Assembly (NCBI GenBank): GCA_951406725.2
Contig: OX597815.1
Span: 124,682,001 to 124,746,000 of the forward strand
Length of the DNA stretch: 64,000 nucleotides
Origin: Octopus vulgaris
Lineage: Eukaryota
Direction of reading: 5' to 3'
In this document: in pieces, positions 1 to 13,394 of the stretch
Numbering within the stretch: position 1 is the first letter of the stretch
How the letters are laid out: every line of letters starts with the position of its first letter
Program-made: the position numbers and the translations under genes
Notes under the pieces: model-generated
Told to the model about the DNA's origin: nothing
The model's database searches: none
Seen by the model: only the letters and a program-made list of their open reading frames with translations

Positions 1-128
1 AAAGACAAGTCTATCACCTCATTGCTTCCCTGTTACCCACAAATGAACAACTAACTACACTTCTTCCGAATTTACTTCGTGAGTGATGTAGGACAACAAA
101 CACGAAGGAGGTGTCAAAACTTCTGACG

Positions 129-165
129 ATGGGTCGTATTAGACGCAGCCCTGATTGCCGCAAAG
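129..165 (+). other. Possible exon end with consensus splice donor
   Basis: AAG|GTGAGT perfect donor at 165/166, preceded by ATG at 129 (MGRIRRSPDCRK). No homology recognised. Confidence 0.18.
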
Positions 166-563
166 GTGAGTGTATCCACTAACAGCTTTTCGGTGCGTTC
201 AAAAATCGCAAGCCAATCCCACCCACCCACCTAATTTCCATGACAGGTTAGGGCCTGGAATATTCCAGATGCATGACATGTCGCTTAGTACAATTAGCCC
301 ATCATTTACTTCACAAATGTTTTGTCGTCAATGCAGCACTTTCTCGTGTCACCTATTTCAACATAACTGTAATGTATATACAAAATATGCCATTTTAATC
401 CCCAGCAACGAGACAGGTATCTCTGCTAGTACACTAATAAAAACCGTGAAGGCCAGACCACGCTGTAACTTCATTCAGTTGATATATTATTCTATACACA
501 TGTACACAAATTCGGAATATATATATATATTACTAATGGCTGAAACAGTAGCAAGTTCCTTAC

Positions 564-672
564 CATCGCTCAGTAACATAAGCTTTAAGCATAATTGTGG
601 TAGCAATAGTAGTGGTAGTAGCAGCTGCATCCTTCGGCAATCGATGATCATAATCGGTATCGTAAATACCAT
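564..672 (-). CDS. Candidate first coding exon (signal-peptide-like) of a secreted or membrane protein gene running off the left end
   Basis: Minus-strand ATG at 672 (second in-frame ATG at 630) gives MVFTIPIMIIDCRRMQLLLPLLLLPQLCLKLMLLSD-G: basic residues followed by a Leu-rich core. It ends at a donor GAT G|GTAAGG (phase 1) at 564/563 and lies in unique, non-repeat sequence. The product cannot be identified. Confidence 0.4.
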
Positions 673-1495
673 GCGGTAATTATTTTTATGTTCTCGCTTT
701 AATTTCCACCGGGGTTCATTTTGCCATTCGTATGCAGAGCCTGGTGCGGTGGATATGGATAAAATATGCAGCAATCAAATTCTGTAGTCTATGAAATCGA
801 CTTTTTGCCTTCCCCAAATGTATATTAGCCTTCTGCCTGAGACTTTTTAAATCATTAGCTGTGGCAGTAGTTGCCACAACAACAGCAACCCCCTTTCTCC
901 TCTTTCTCATCATCGTCATCATATTTACCATCATAATTATGCGGTAGTGTAGTCAGCAGTTTTCAATTGCAAATTGGAAAGATTGGTTACAGTCGTGATG
1001 CATCTTCTCTTGTTTTATTCAGCTTACAGTTTCAGAAATACTAAAAATAAAAGAAAGCAAAAAAAAAAAAAAAAAAAAGATAGAAAAAAGAAGAATTCTA
1101 GACATTGCCCTCTGGGAACAAAGTGTAAAATCAAATTTTTGTTTTTTTATTTTAACAATGTCAATTAGTATACGCACACATCTAAAAATGTTTTGTTTGT
1201 GTCAGCAAATTGCTAACGAATACCTTTGTTTTATTCATCTAGCTAGCCGGCAGATAATGTTGTGTAACTCCATACTCTGAAAGAATGCTAATTTGTTTAT
1301 TGCTTTATGGTTTTTATTGTTCCAAAGATCATGTGGGATTTTGGCATGTATACATCTTCAGATGTTGTTTAAGCCGCCCAGTCATGACGAGTTTTTGAGT
1401 CTTTGGTTTTTATCTTATTTTTCTTTTGTGTGTAATGATGTATTTCGTTGCGTCACTTGTGTCTCTTAGTCTCACACAGACACAAGCGCACATTT

Positions 1496-1584
1496 ATGTA
1501 TGTGTGTGTGTATGTATGTATGTATGTATGTATGTATGTATGTATGTATGTGTGTGTGTGTGCTTCTATACATAAATACCTAAA

Positions 1585-1625
<41 letters not shown>
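1496..1625. repeat. Compound microsatellite (TG)n/(TGTA)n/(TA)n
   Basis: Directly visible. Confidence 0.95.
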
Positions 1626-1628
<3 letters not shown>

Positions 1629-2459
1629 GTTGAGTGTATGTGTACTGCGGTTTTTGTCGTTACTATGGTTTAAATTTTGGCACTTGTTTATTTTCCCTTA
1701 TTCTTGTAATGCGGTATATTTAGTTAGTTAGATGCACATAACCTTCACAACCAAACTGTCATGTATATGCTTTTGATTTGTATATACTTATGCGCGTATA
1801 GATATGAGACAGTTGCAGCATCAACAGAAATGATTGCAAAGAGCTAACTAGTTAGATAAGAATATACGCAAAACATAGAGATGCACACTCATACATGCGC
1901 AGAAACACACGTACAAGCGTACCTCGCGCGCGCGTGTGTGTGTGTACGTGCGTGCGTGTATGCGCGTAAGCACGACTTAGTTTAAAGACAAAAGTATACT
2001 GATAATTAGATATTAATTATTTCCGTTCATTAAATCACGATTCAATTATTGGCGAATAAAAAGAGAATATTTTCGTCTAAATGGTATAACGTTAAAGATG
2101 AATTGATTAATATTATCCATTTAATTACAATATTAATAAAACCACAAGAATGTGCGTTGAGAAAATATTTTCATTTCAAATATTCTATATTGAACTTTAT
2201 CTATGTAATACAGACTGTTAATAAGTATAATTATATTCTATGATTTGTTGTAATGTGTAAATGAAAAAGTTTAAGAAACTTTATCAAGAGTAAACGAACT
2301 TGTCGAGCCATAACAGCAAACGTTGTGAGCAATGTAACTGTTGCTCACTGTAATATGGATATCCTCAATGAAATTGGTTGTTACTCTAGACCGTCCTGGG
2401 TAGCTGCAAAAATCTACTGAAAGATGGGCCATAAACTTTGATATTTTGAACAACAGATA

Positions 2460-2462
<3 letters not shown>

Positions 2463-2522
<60 letters not shown>

Positions 2523-2551
2523 ATACATACATACATACATATATTCATACA

Positions 2552-2585
<34 letters not shown>

Positions 2586-2591
2586 CATACA

Positions 2592-2620
<29 letters not shown>
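2463..2620. repeat. (TA)n + (TACA)n microsatellite
   Basis: Directly visible; source of the spurious YI/YVCM ORFs. Confidence 0.95.
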
Positions 2621-2622
<2 letters not shown>

Positions 2623-3064
2623 TCTTAAAGTCACTATTTACAAAATATAAGTTGTCTTTTATGAAATATGCTTCATTCCTTTGGTTTTAATTGTTATTCT
2701 TTTTGAAAATAATTATCTTTGTAAACCCGTCTTTAACATACAGACGTGGTGGTCAACTGATAATATTCAATGTATTTAACTTCAAACCGTACGAGATGAA
2801 GCATGCTGCTGAAGTAATGAAGTACCTCTTGCAATAGAGGCAGGCACATCAAATGCACAAGTTAAAGATTAGTGCATTAAAAGATTGGTTTAAATCGAAC
2901 TTGAGCAGTCTACATTTCTGTAGTATGAAGAAGAAAAACAGATGTGGTAGTGGCTTATAGAAAGAAAATTTGTAAATGAAGGAATTACATTAATGCGATA
3001 TAACCTAGCGTAACCAGCATATAATGCAACATAAAATGGCAAATTTTTAACATAATACATAAAA

Positions 3065-3210
3065 CATTAGTTCAAATTCTCCGGATTTGATTTTGCTTTT
3101 TATTCTTTCGGGGCGATACAATAAGTACCAGTTGAACGTTGGGATCGTTATAATCAACTAAGCTATTCCCACGAAATTTCAAACCTTGTAGTTACAGTAG
3201 AAAAAAGTAT
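3065..3210 (+). mobile_element. Degenerate tRNA-derived SINE (family B)
   Basis: gctttttattctttcggggcgatacaataagtaccagttg matches the core of the copies at 15434 and 63800. Confidence 0.6.
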
Positions 3211-4034
3211 ACATAAAAATAAAATTGCTACAGTAATACAGCTCTTTAATATAATATATGTGCACTTGTATATAGGCACGTGTGTGTGTGTGTGAGTTCA
3301 TGCTCACGAGCGTCTGAATACGAAATTTCATTCCTAACATATTTATAGAAATAACAATTTTATGATATATTCATACGTCTTTATTAGCCTTTTGTCTTTT
3401 TTGCAACCAACGAATGAAATGAATTCTAATTATTTTGGAAATGATTCCAAAGCCGAAGTAAATCAGCGTGGGCCTAACTTCAGTTGGTAGACATTATCCA
3501 AAGCGAAGGAATGTTTATATTTTTGGTTAACGAGATAGGTTCTAGTCTTGCCTTATCAGCTGAGTCAATTATTCCCAGCTAGCAGCGGCAAATAATGTAT
3601 TCCACACACATACACACATGTATATATGCATGTAGATATAGATACTGACTGGCTTTTAATGAATTTTCCTGAGAAGAAACTATCTAAAATTATTCACAAG
3701 TAATATATGTTGCATCTAAATCCTGCAACATTTTCTAATTTGTATTTTCAATGTTTTTAATTTCTGAACTTGATTTTGAACACATATATGGGCGTTTGTG
3801 GGGAAGAGAAGCACACGTGCTTGTGTCTGTGTGTGTCTGAGAGATATGTACGCGTATGTGTTTCTTCATTAGTTTATTAGATTACTATTTCTATTCGCAC
3901 ACTCGCTTCTTCTCCTGTTATTAATACATATAAACATATAAATACATATATACGTGCATATATACATTCTAAGATATCAGTAAACATATACCCATGCAGT
4001 TTTTTTACATTTCCTGCAGACAGCTTGTGCTAAT

Positions 4035-4271
<237 letters not shown>

Positions 4272-4659
4272 CGAAAATAACACTTTGGATTGTTTTACAT
4301 CTGAATGTCAAGTGAAATTTCTTCTCGATGGATCACAGGTGTAACATGTATTTTCTTGAAATACTGCAAAATTTCATTTCTGAAAATATCCGTCTGCCTT
4401 GGGTCAACTTATAACATATTCTGATAATGTTAGATCCTCATCAGTTTTATGTTTAAGCAAACAACAGCTGTTTTAACTAAAATATTCTAATAAAAAATAT
4501 AACGAACGACGTTGAATCAGTTTTATCATGATTATGACGTAGATATAAAAAGATAAGTAGGCGAAGGTAGATAATTTTGAGAAGATACAGTAAAAAGTAA
4601 TAGAGATCCATATGGAGAGAATAGTTTATCAGGTAAACCATAATTTACACATACACACA

Positions 4660-4706
<47 letters not shown>

Positions 4707-4759
4707 ACATACATACGAAGTGGTACTGTCTCAAATCACTGAGCCAACGTGCAATGTAT

Positions 4760-5992
4760 ACATTAGGAAATAGTGAGGTCTACTTCGGATAATGAACAGC
4801 TCAGCTCTTTACTGTAAAGGAGATTACTTCGTTACTTCTGATGTCAATCGTCGAAATTTGTGAAGTAGGATGGGTACGAAGAGTGACGCAAAGAGAGTCG
4901 ATGGATACAGAAATAGATTTAAAAGCAGTCAGGAAGTGGAAAGCAGAAGCAGAAACCGATATCTTATCTTTACTTAAACATCAAAATACAGTGGGTGCCA
5001 CGACAATTATTCGGAAGGGACTTGGGTTTGGCTCAGATCGATTCAGACCGTTTTCAGATTTTATGCAGAGTGAACACAGATTTTTTGTTAGTAACAGTCA
5101 AGGTAAGGAAGCACAGAGAAGTGAACTTAATTTAATTCAATGCTCACAACAAGTTCAGAAGACAAAACGGCAAGAGTACATAATTGAGAAAAAAAAGTTG
5201 GAATGAAATATGGAAGTGGAGTACATCACGGCTAAAATGTTTGATTAGTTCATCCTACAGTGAATTGGAACATCAAAAAGTGAAAAATACAGATGCAGGA
5301 AAAGTAGGAACACAAAGATATTCTTTGTAACTGTTCACTGGCATTAGATGGATATAGCCGGAGATACAATCTGTTTCTTAAGTTCCTCTTCAAAGCTGCA
5401 AAGAACGAAATTGCTCTACTCAAAAGTAGTAAGAAACCACAGAAGGAACCAGCTGGATATTTCGAGGCAGCAGATCTGTTTGAAGAAGAAACTTCCTGTG
5501 AACGATGAAAAGTGGAACAGCTATTAGGAGGTGGTTGCAGATTTATCAGGGTACGAATAATTCTTCCCTCCTCCAATTACGAAGAAACCACATATTCTTG
5601 TGCTCTGAGGAAAAGAAAGTAATAAATCTAATCGAAGTAAGGGTTCCTCATAAAGATAACATGGGCGCAGCTCGAACTCGAAAGATCCCCTGTTATGAAC
5701 ATCTCCTCGGGGATTACAAAGATACAGGCTGGAGAAGCTGAAGATTGTACAGTCAAAGTTGGATGCAGAGGCGATGAACAATGGCTAGAAGAATATTCAG
5801 TGAAGTTAAGTAATCAGTTGAATAACCAAGCCTCGTCTTAGTGAGGGAGCCTGTACACAATAATGCCGCTGAGAAGAAGGCCCGAAACGGCGCGCATTCC
5901 TCCCTGATGACCCCCATAAGCCTGCTAGCGTCCGGTATACACAGCTTTCAACTGGCTGCACTTGTATCTGCAAATTGTTTGCAAATAATCGA
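4760..5992 (+). mobile_element. Decayed 3' portion of an RLE-type non-LTR retrotransposon, HERO-like
   Basis: Translated fragments RKWKAEAETDILSLLKHQNTVG...RKGLGFG, SLALDGYSRRYN and LIEVRVPHKDNMGAARTRKIPCYEHL...GWRS...VKVGCRG resemble the HERO post-RT region and PD-(D/E)xK endonuclease motifs (IELTVPWE...K..Y...GW...VEVGCRG). Many stops and frameshifts; followed by (TACA)n. Confidence 0.7.
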
Positions 5993-6105
5993 TATACATA
6001 CATACATACATACATACATACATACATACATAAATACATACATACATACATACATACATACATACATACATACATACATACATACATACATACATACATG
6101 CATAC
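5993..6105. repeat. (TACA)n microsatellite
   Basis: Directly visible. Confidence 0.95.
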
Positions 6106-7043
6106 AAGTGTGTGTGTTCCGCTATATCAGTTATTCTCAAACTTTTAGATATCATTTCATTTTATTTTTGTCATTAAGGAACATAGAGATGTACACATGT
6201 AAGAACTTAAGTCCTGGTAGGGTATAAAAGGAAGGCATTTTCGGACAAGCAATCAACCCGAATTCTAGGCTATGAACACTGTCGGGTTCCAGACCGATGT
6301 CGAAATTCTTCAAGTGTAGAAGATCCTGGTTTCACGCGGTGACACCGTTATGTGGGTTTTGGCGAAGAGTAAATTATAATCCAAATTTTAAGACAAAGAC
6401 ATTCAATCATTAAAGATATGTTAAAGAACCCTTTGTCTTATTATTTGGATGTAAGAACTTAGATGAAAACTCATAGAGAGATTTCGAACAACAGATAAAT
6501 AGAAATGTCTGTGTGTGGAGATGCAGAAGTATGGAGGTACGAAGTATGGAGATACAAAAGTAAAAAGGTATACTGTCAAAATACAGATGTATACAGCTAT
6601 AATGAGAGGTACTTGGAATAGAGATGTATACCGAGTGAGGATTGTATGAATGCCCATTAAACTCCTTGTTTGTTTATATCCCTCATTCAACAATCACTAC
6701 GGTCTAAAATTATTCAAAAATCGAATCTTTTCTTCCTAATTTTGTTGTAGAATTTGAAACAGTGTTACCAGTTAACGAAACGATTCTCAGTTTTATATCA
6801 CTGCGCTGTAAGTAATGATACGTTACTTGTACCTTACTACAGACGATTACGATTAGCTGGAGCAAATCCCTTAATCATAAACTTAGCACATTCCCAGTGT
6901 GCCAGACACAAATAATATCTTGTTGGGTTGTTGCTCTTGATTTTGCTTAACTGGCCTAAAGCAGTAAAAGCAAACTAGTAATTCAAACTCTTACACAGAT
7001 ATTAAATATGTAATATAATATATATCGTAAAGTATACTAGCCA

Positions 7044-7454
7044 GGCGCAGGAGTGGCTGTGTGGTAAGTAGCTTGCTAACCAACCACATGGTTCCGGGTT
7101 CAGTCCCACTGCGTGGCATCTTGGGCAAGTGTCTTCTGCTATAGCGCCGACCAATGCCTTGTGAGTGGATTTGGTAGACAGAAACTGAAAGAAGCCTGTC
7201 GTATATATGTATATATATATAAGTGTGTGTGTATATATTTGTGTGTCTGTGTTTGTCCCCCTAGCATTGCTTGACAACCGATGCTGGTGTGTTTACGCCC
7301 CCGTCACTTAGCGGTTCAGCAAAAGAGACCGATAGAATAAGTACTGGGCTTACAAAGAATAAGTCCCGGGGTCGATTTGCTCGACTAAAGGCGGTGCTCC
7401 AGCAAGGCCGCAGTCAAATGACTGAAACAAGTAAAAGAGTAAAGAGTAAAAGAG
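7044..7454 (+). mobile_element. tRNA-derived SINE, family A (full length)
   Basis: A-box-like gtggctgtgtggt and B-box-like ggttcagtccc, internal (TA)/(TG) tract, and 3' end gcagtcaaatgactgaaacaagtaaaagag repeats. Near-identical to the copy at 33054. taaagtatacta occurs on both flanks. Confidence 0.9.
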
Positions 7455-7599
7455 TATCTCAATATAAAGTATACTAATACGTATCGCATGCTTATAAAAT
7501 CAGAGTTTTGCAACCAAAAGTTTCTTTTCTTTATTTTATCGAGCATTTAATTAATTTTTATAGTCCTGTACTTTTCCAATTTGTTATAATTCCTTTTAT

Positions 7600-7905
7600 T
7601 TCAGAATAGTAGCGTAAAAAGTTTGATTTATGACGGTGATTGTTTTGTTGCTTGAGGATAAATAGCAAAATATCAGGAGACTTGTAATTGTTATACAGGA
7701 TATTATTCTAGTTCTATCCGTTATGTTCCTATTACATCACCTATTGCACTTAATCACGCCACTTTAATCATGCCATCGTAACATGCTAGTATTTCAGACA
7801 GGGCTACACTTGTAGACCTTCACCAATCAACCAACTAGCAGTTCTCACGTCAAAAATAGTTTCAGCATCTCTTTTTGCGACATGACTCTCAACAAGGATA
7901 GAAAC
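7600..7905. repeat. Local triplicated module, copy 1 (most diverged)
   Basis: Shares gatttatgacgg...gcttgaggataaatagca.aatatcaggagacttgta...acttaatcacgccac...caccaatcaaccaa with the copies at 8850-9345 and 10455-10925. Confidence 0.85.
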
Positions 7906-8849
7906 GAGTACACATACGCAGATGCGTACGTAGGTACATACATATGCATACGTATATACATGTATGTGAGTGTGAGTGTGCGTGTGTATATATATGTGTG
8001 CGCATGCGCGTGTATACATATATAGTATCTTCGGATACAATATTTAGGAAAAAATTAAATGAAAATATATGAACACTTGGTAATCAAATATGGAATGTTG
8101 AACAAGGTTCTTAGTATTTTACCTTAGGAATAGAAATTGGAAATTAGGTTTTAAAATCAATTGGGAAAAGATAGTAACCCCTAATCTATTGTGCCAAAAC
8201 TTTATTTGTGAATACTAGTTTTAGGACCAGCTCCCTCACACTATATCCATATATAGTAATTTCAACATTATCAGCCGATGAAATCCTTGAGTTGGATAGT
8301 ATTATCGCTATAAGCAATGATGAACTAGCTATTTCTGCATTATAGTATGAGATTAGTTGGAATACACCCATTGAACATGAATGAACACAACATAGTCCCA
8401 AAGTAAGAACACGATTCCAATAACGTCCTAGTTGTGATGTTACTGTTGATTTTTGCTTTGGCAGAATAAAAGTTTTTTGTCTTTACTTGGTGTATCTCAA
8501 GAAAAGTGCAGTGCCATAGCTTTTGTAGGCCTTCTTAGTGTATTGATATTGATACCATTAATGCCTTTCTTGAAAATGTGTAATTCCAAACACGTACGAA
8601 AGATATGTGCACAGAGAGAATTCTGAGGGGCCGACGTACTGAGAAAGAAGATCCGGCCGAAGTGACTTGTTGAGTACTTGGTGGGGATAGTTGGACTCAA
8701 GAAAGGTGATAAAAGAAGGAGCAATGTGAGTTAGTAGTTGCGGTGTGAACTCAGTCAGCCCGAAGCACAAGAGAACATCATAATAACTGTAGAAAAGGTA
8801 GAGAGCTGGCAGAATGCCTATGGTCCAGACGCTGGAGTGAAAGGCTGGT

Positions 8850-9345
8850 TGTATTTCAAACACTTGCACAGGTATTAAATTTTTAATATAACATAATTGA
8901 CATTCTGTTGAGAGAGCAAATATTACAAACTTCATTTCTCATAAAATAAGAGACTCGCACATTAACGACATTTTGTTTACTTAAACAAACTTCAACTAAT
9001 TTTTATATTCATTTATGTTTCATTTCTTTCTTTATGTTTAGCAATGTAAACATTTAGATTTATGACGGGAAAACGTATGACTTGCTTGCGCTTGAGGATA
9101 AATAGCAGAATATCAGGAGACTTGTATTTGTTATGCAGACAACTATTCTGGTTCTACCCGCTCTGCTCACATTACAACACCTACTGTACTTAATCACGCC
9201 ACCTTTTCTGCATTGTAACATGCAGTTATCTCTCACCTGGCTATATTTGTTCTCTCACCAATCAACCAATATACAGTTCTCACATCGAAATAGTAATAGA
9301 TTACAACCTACAATTGGGATATGACTGTCATCAACAATAGAAACA
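8850..9345. repeat. Local triplicated module, copy 2
   Basis: Core 9038-9315 is highly similar to 10644-10922; the upstream ttgtatttcaaac...tttctcat.aaat.aga segment is also shared. Confidence 0.9.
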
Positions 9346-10454
9346 CACACACACACACACACATACATACACACACACACGCACACACACACACACATAC
9401 ACACACGCACACACAAACACACGCACATAACACATACGTAGATATATAACACGCACACGTAGATACATATATTCGTACATATATTTATGGATACCATATC
9501 TATATATGCATATAAATGCTTACACATATGTATGTGCACACACGTGTATATATATGCATGCATGTGTGTATGAATGTGTTCTGTATATAGCGTATTAGTA
9601 AACTGAAGAAAAAATATATCAAAGAAATCAATATTAGGTGATCAAATATGCTAGATCTGAATTGTATAGATTACTTTATACGTATTGAGTAAGATATTCA
9701 ATATGTTCTTACTTCGTTGAGTTTGCTACATGAAATTTATAGTAAGTCCCGTCATGTAATGGGTAAAAAATTTCGTCAGTAGGTAGTATTTCTAGGATAA
9801 TTTTCACCATGCTTTGCTTACAGACATTGAAACATTGCAGAATCTTCTACTTTTGCCGCTGTAAGCAGTGAGACTTTATTCCTGCTTAAAAGTATATGCT
9901 TATGGTTAAGTGATATAAACCATTTGGTTATAAGCTCAGTACATCCCAGAGTCTGAACATAAACAACTTTCATTTCACCTGTGTTGTTGCAGTTGATTTT
10001 GCTTACCTCCAGATCCACTGTGATCGGGCAGATGTAGAATAAAAGCCCTGTCATGTCAGCTATGGCTATTTCTTTAAGAATTTATATCTGCCTCATGGTA
10101 TATGGTTAGGTTTAGGTAGAGTAAATGTTTTGGCTATAAAGACAGTAGTCCCTTTTCTTTCATGTATAAAGTATCTCTATGTATCTTAGCCGGCGGGTCA
10201 TTTTTTTTTGTATCAAGATATTAGGTCGTGGAGAGTGGTATTCTATTTCTCGCTGACCAATCGACCTCTGGCTTCCCACCATTTGAAGACAAGATTAGTT
10301 GTCTTCTAATAAAAATATAAAACTCAGTAACGAGTACATAAAAAGAATAAATGCTATGAAAATGACAGAAGGAAAGAAAGTTAAAGAATGATAATTAAGA
10401 AGAAAAAACATATACAGATATGCTTATTGTAGCTGGAAGAAAACTGAAAGGAAA

Positions 10455-10925
10455 GTTGTATTTCAAACGCACTGATCTAAAATTCGTAATATGCACAGTA
10501 AATGACATACTATTGACTATAGTAAAGTTTTTGAACTTCCTTTCTCATGAAATCAGAAACACATACAACTAAATACTCTTGCTTTTTTTTAATGTGTTTT
10601 TACAAATTTTTATTGAATTTATTTTTATTTTATTTTACTTCTTGTTAGCAATGTAAACATTTAGATTTATGACGGGAAAACGTATGACTTTCTTGTCGCT
10701 TGAGGATAAATAGCAAAAATATCAGGAGACTTGTATTTGTTATGCAGACAACTATTCTGGTTCTACCCGCTCTGCTCACATTACATCACCTGTTGTACGT
10801 AATCACGCCACCTTCTTTGCATTGTAACATGCAGCTTTCTCTCACCTGGCCATACTTGTTCTCTCTCACCAATCAACCAGCAGAAAGTTCTCACAAAAAT
10901 ACTAATAATTTACAACCTACAAATA
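10455..10925. repeat. Local triplicated module, copy 3
   Basis: See copy 2; each copy is followed by a (CA)-rich microsatellite. Confidence 0.9.
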
Positions 10926-10949
10926 AATACACACATACACGCACACACT

Positions 10950-10995
<46 letters not shown>

Positions 10996-11779
10996 GACAC
11001 ACACACACACATACGCACTCACGTATGCACACACGCACCGCACACACATACACACCCACACACATGCACTAGCACCGTGCATACACACACACACACACTC
11101 ACACACACACACACACACACACACATCGGTAAGTCTCCGTCTCTTGGCGATGAAGATTTTTTTGTTCAATCAACTTAATTTGCTTTTCAATAAATGAATG
11201 AGTGATTACATAATTCTCAAACACGTGTAATAAAAACGTAATTTTCAAACAATCATTGTGACACAATCTTTGACAAGACCGTACCTTTTGAACATAGATA
11301 CATTCCACTTGACAGGATTTTATAGTTTCCACCTACCCAATTTTAACTGAAATATATGAGCCGCCCCAAAGCGCATTTCTGGACCACGTATTTGAGAAGT
11401 GAACTTCTTCCCCATTCTCCCATACTACTATATACATATAGATATACATATGGTATCGTTATCAGCGTGTAACATGTTTTTGCCAGTAATTTCAAGTCAT
11501 CACGCGAGCAGCGTTTAAAGACTTGTGGTCGGTTCTCACATACTTCAATATGCTGCATGTGGAAGTTAGAATTTCATAACGTTGCTGCTGCTTAAATCAT
11601 TTATCTTGTTCCTTTATGGCTTTTACAACTCTTTGAACTGAGTTATTTAAGAATTGAATGTTTTCACTTTCGTCAAAATACAATGTTGATGGCAGGATAA
11701 GAACTGCTTACCTCCTGGAGTGTTGTTCCTTATCGTTTTGACAAATCTATATGCTGGTTTCCCGGTGTATGTGTAACAA

Positions 11780-11900
11780 TGGTTTCAAATTTTAAAAGAA
11801 TTGCAGTTCTAGTGGGAAGGGCTAGTCGATTACACCGACTTCGGTGTTCAACTGGTACTTTTTTCATCAAACCCGAAAGGATGAAAAGCTAACTCACCCT
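11780..11900 (-). mobile_element. Degenerate SINE family B fragment
   Basis: caactggtacttttttcatcaaacccgaaaggatgaaaagc core. Confidence 0.65.
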
Positions 11901-12230
11901 TCATAATTTCATATTTTGTAATTGCATATTGAAATTTTTATGGTGCGTGAATTACGTACGTTGCGGTATTTTTACATACGTCGTTGGCTACTGTATGTCG
12001 CATTATATTCTTCACTGGGTTTCACCAATTTATTGGACATTATCATATTAATTAGTAAAGAATAATATAAGTTAGGAATGCTGCATTTTTCATATCCATC
12101 AAGCTTACGCTTTTGTAACATAAATTATATGGTGAGAAAAGAAGTATCTGTAACAAAGTAATATGCGTAGTAGATAAACTGAAGTATAGATTTAAATTTG
12201 TGTATAGTTTTCTAAGTAGATGTGTGTAAA

Positions 12231-13394
12231 CGGGATGGCATCAGAATTTTCCTGACTAGTTCTATAGCGCGCCAAAAGATGCCAGCATACGGTTGCGTGC
12301 GCAGTAAATAACTAGCAGTGACCTTCATGAGGCAGTCTGCCGAGTGACATCGCTGTGTTAACTTTGCAAGTTGCGAAATTTGTGTTTTTATAATCACGTG
12401 TATACTACAGTCTGCGATTGTGTCATGGCCAGCAAGTTGGAACAAAAAGCCAACGTGAAATTTTGCGTTAAACTCGAGAAGCCTGCTACAGAGAAATCGC
12501 ACATTCTTCAGCAAGTTTACGGCATCGAGGCAATAGGTCGCGGCAATATTTCAGGTAACACTGGCTCTTCAAAAGCAGAAGAACATCGTTGGAAGGCGAT
12601 GAGTTCTCTGGAACAACTTCCACAAGCATCACCCACGGAAACAGGGAAAAAATTCATCAGTATATGGATGAGGAGCATCGGAGGACAATCAACGACGTTG
12701 ATGATGTGGGTCTGTCGTATGGGTCTGTGCAAGCAATCCTAACATCTGAATTGAGCATGCAGCGTGTCTCTGCCAAGTTTGACCCCGCCAGCTGACCTGT
12801 ATCTCGAGAACCATTACCAGTGACGAGAGTTGGGTCTACGGGTAAGACCCGAGACGAAGCAGCAGTCATCACAAAGGAAGAGCCCGTCGTCTCCACGATC
12901 GGAGACAGCACGACAGAGCCGCAGCTCAATCAAGAGCATATTCATCGTTATTCTATTTCGACATCTACGGTATTGTGCATCGAGAATTTGTCCCCTAGGG
13001 CCAGATCGTCAATCGAGGATTCTACTGCGACGTTTTGGAGCGTTTGAGGGAGGGCATTCGGCAAAAGCGACCGGATCTGTGGAGCGCGAAGAATTGGATT
13101 CTTCACGACGACTGTGCACCCTGTCACTGACCTCTCCTCACTCGAGAATTTCTCGCAGCAAACAATATGGTATCGCTTCCACACACGCCCTATTCGCTAG
13201 ATTTAGCACTTGCGGACTTCCCCAAGATGAAAACGCAAGATGAAAATGTCACCATTTCAACACTGTTGTCAGGAAGCCTGGGACCGGTGTAGTGCTGCGC
13301 AAGGAGACTATTTCGAAGATGATATTAAAACTTAGGTAAATAAGTTATTTTTTATGAAACATAACAAGTCCGGGAACTTTTTGATACCACCTCG
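12231..13394 (+). mobile_element. Mariner-family DNA transposon with pseudogenised transposase
   Basis: Imperfect TIRs cgggatggcatcagaattttcctgact / agtccgggaactttttgataccacctcg + TA. Frameshifted transposase pieces MASKLEQKANVKFCVKLEKPATE, WILHDDCAPCH and HTPYSLDLALADF (YSPDLAP motif). Confidence 0.9.

Noticed and set aside
170-679. 169-aa plus-strand ORF
   Set aside because: Non-ATG start, includes a (TA) tract and low-complexity sequence, no recognisable domain
7044-7115. tRNA gene (A and B boxes)
   Set aside because: It is the head of a multi-copy SINE; no complete cloverleaf
8622-8695. ctgaggggccg…cggccgaag hairpin (similar string at 16622-16660)
   Set aside because: Core boxes deviate (CUGAGGG, GAAG/CAAA) and no helix I is evident; too degenerate to call
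9133-9324. Duplicated small hydrophobic ORF (MQTTILVLPALL…) in the triplicated module
   Set aside because: The ATG and reading frame are not preserved in copy 1 and the ends differ between copies; coding status is unsupported
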